Below, piece by piece: positions 36,993-37,784 of a DNA stretch of 37,784 nucleotides. Both the position numbers and the translations under genes were made by a program. The notes under the pieces were generated by a model. The model was not told the DNA's origin, did not search any database, and was given only the letters and a program-made list of their open reading frames with translations. Origin of the DNA: a virus (Duplodnaviria; Caudoviricetes); the IMG/VR virus record IMGVR_UViG_3300037045_000081, positions 1-37,784 of that record; one strand, written 5' to 3'. The first letter of the stretch is position 1. The number at the start of each line of letters is the position of its first letter.

Positions 36993-37104
36993 AGGAGAGA
37001 GGATCCAGGCCCTGAAGGCCGCCCAGGCATGGAAGGCGGCCGCATTGATCGCAGGCGGGATCGCAGCCGGATCCCTTTTCCATATTATTACCCGAAAACC
37101 GTAA
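36568..37104 (+). CDS. Overprinted spanin-like protein (signal peptide, coiled coil, C-terminal TM)
   Basis: MQQRKRRFLFYAFLLSAVAAFSQA; heptads; WKAAALIAGGIAAGSLF. Confidence 0.6.
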   Translation: MQQRKRRFLFYAFLLSAVAAFSQAIDTDIPQAIPPGTPPAEQQSAEQWPNQPAPIPLNLASSLRELSAKLRSEAAGWRTESGELLKLVEVLQASLSEAEAERTSLTQSLDSLTAWQAQSSAAHAQEIAAIRSALEAEIARIEGERIQALKAAQAWKAAALIAGGIAAGSLFHIITRKP

Positions 37105-37136
37105 TTTCCGGACTATTTCCGGACTATTTCCGGACT
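37104..37136. repeat. Three perfect 11-bp tandem repeats ATTTCCGGACT
   Basis: Copies at 37104, 37115 and 37126. Confidence 0.9.
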
Positions 37137-37151
37137 ATAAAAAAAAAACAC

Positions 37152-37179
37152 AAAAAACCGCAGAAAATGCGGTTTTTTT
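37152..37179. terminator. Bidirectional terminator ending the late operon
   Basis: AAAAAACCGCA-GAAAA-TGCGGTTTTTT. Confidence 0.85.
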
Positions 37180-37190
37180 ATCTCACCCCA

Positions 37191-37220
37191 TTGACTCAAA
37201 ACCCAACGATAGGATATTAT
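37191..37220 (+). promoter_or_regulatory. sigma70 promoter with operator in the spacer
   Basis: TTGACT(37191-96)-18 bp-TATTAT(37215-20); ACCCAAC|GATAGGA at 37201-14. Confidence 0.75.
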
Positions 37221-37243
37221 ATATTCAGAAGGGAGGCACTAAG

Positions 37244-37552
37244 ATGCAAAACAAAGACGACATTTCCAACGAGATCCTCGCGGAGAATAAATTCTACCGC
37301 CTGGACAAGATGACCAGCACCCGCCCACTAAGCGGCGGAGTGTCATATTTCATCCTTTCCAAGGATCAGCTTGACGACTTCGGGCTCCCAGAAACCATCG
37401 TCCAGATAAACAACGAAGAGGACGGCGAGGCGAAGGCCACGGGAATTTTCAAGACCATGACCGACACCGCCGAAGTCCGCGAAAAGGTCAAGAAACAAAT
37501 CCGGGAAATCCGGGAAAGAGTAACGGCTGAACACATGGCAGCCACGGCCTAA
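37244..37552 (+). CDS. Small acidic early protein
   Basis: GGGAGG RBS directly behind the promoter. Confidence 0.8.
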   Translation: MQNKDDISNEILAENKFYRLDKMTSTRPLSGGVSYFILSKDQLDDFGLPETIVQINNEEDGEAKATGIFKTMTDTAEVREKVKKQIREIRERVTAEHMAATA

Positions 37553-37592
37553 ATAAAACCGGCCCCGCCTAGCGGGGCCAAAGGGAGAAACC

Positions 37593-37760
37593 ATGACCAA
37601 AGAGATCCGAGAGATTGAGAAGAAAATACAGCAGATCCAGGCCAAAAGGCGAGAGCTTTACCAAGCCGGAGACATCGCAGGATGCGACGCCCTGGCGGAC
37701 CAGGAAGCGAACCTTTCCGAGGACCTAGATATTGCATTTAATTCCATGCAGAAAAAATAG
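37593..37760 (+). CDS. 55-aa helical early protein (absent from the ORF track)
   Basis: AAGGGAG RBS; MTKEIREIEKKIQQIQAKRRELYQAGDIAGCDALADQEANLSEDLDIAFNSMQKK*. Confidence 0.75.
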   Translation: MTKEIREIEKKIQQIQAKRRELYQAGDIAGCDALADQEANLSEDLDIAFNSMQKK

Positions 37761-37784
37761 ACCGAAATGTCAATTATACCACTT
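37658..37784. repeat. Terminal direct repeat, right copy
   Basis: Identical to 1-127. Confidence 0.95.

Larger units (their letters stand above)
1..37784. mobile_element. Complete temperate tailed phage (siphovirus-like) genome, circular assembly
   Basis: Integrase, repressors, replication, terminase, portal, capsid, tail, tape measure and lysis genes in canonical order; no host housekeeping genes; terminal 127-bp identity. Confidence 0.95.

Noticed and set aside
1-37784. Alternative genetic code or restriction-site avoidance
   Set aside because: Genes are intact under code 11 with all three stops in use, and GGATCC, GAATTC and CTCGAG are abundant; subtler k-mer bias needs computation

Overview
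The window is an apparently complete, circularly assembled temperate siphovirus genome of about 37,657 bp: bases 1-127 recur exactly at 37658-37784. Almost all genes are on the + strand. In order: (1) an early cassette of five small genes spanning the contig junction, behind two near-consensus sigma70 promoters; (2) a putative attP and a tyrosine integrase; (3) two separate divergent switches, each with a minus-strand ribbon-helix-helix (RHH) repressor and no CI-type HTH repressor; (4) RusA, a HAD hydrolase, a frameshifted Xis-like gene, a recombination module, SSB and an initiator with internal iterons; (5) a ParB-methyltransferase with DPPH instead of DPPY, and a PLD-like protein; (6) terminase and an A118/SPP1-type head and tail module; (7) a lysis cassette split by collagen, beta-propeller and LRR fibre genes, ending in an overprinted spanin-like pair with no lipobox. 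The main candidates for a new system are the acr-aca-like early cassette with a non-HTH regulator and shared operator, a capsid-gene promoter sharing an 11-bp-phased operator with the early switch plus a switchable RNA leader, and the lipoprotein-free spanin-like pair. A spirochaete-like diderm host is inferred, not shown. All protein calls are by-eye motif recognition; no searches were run.
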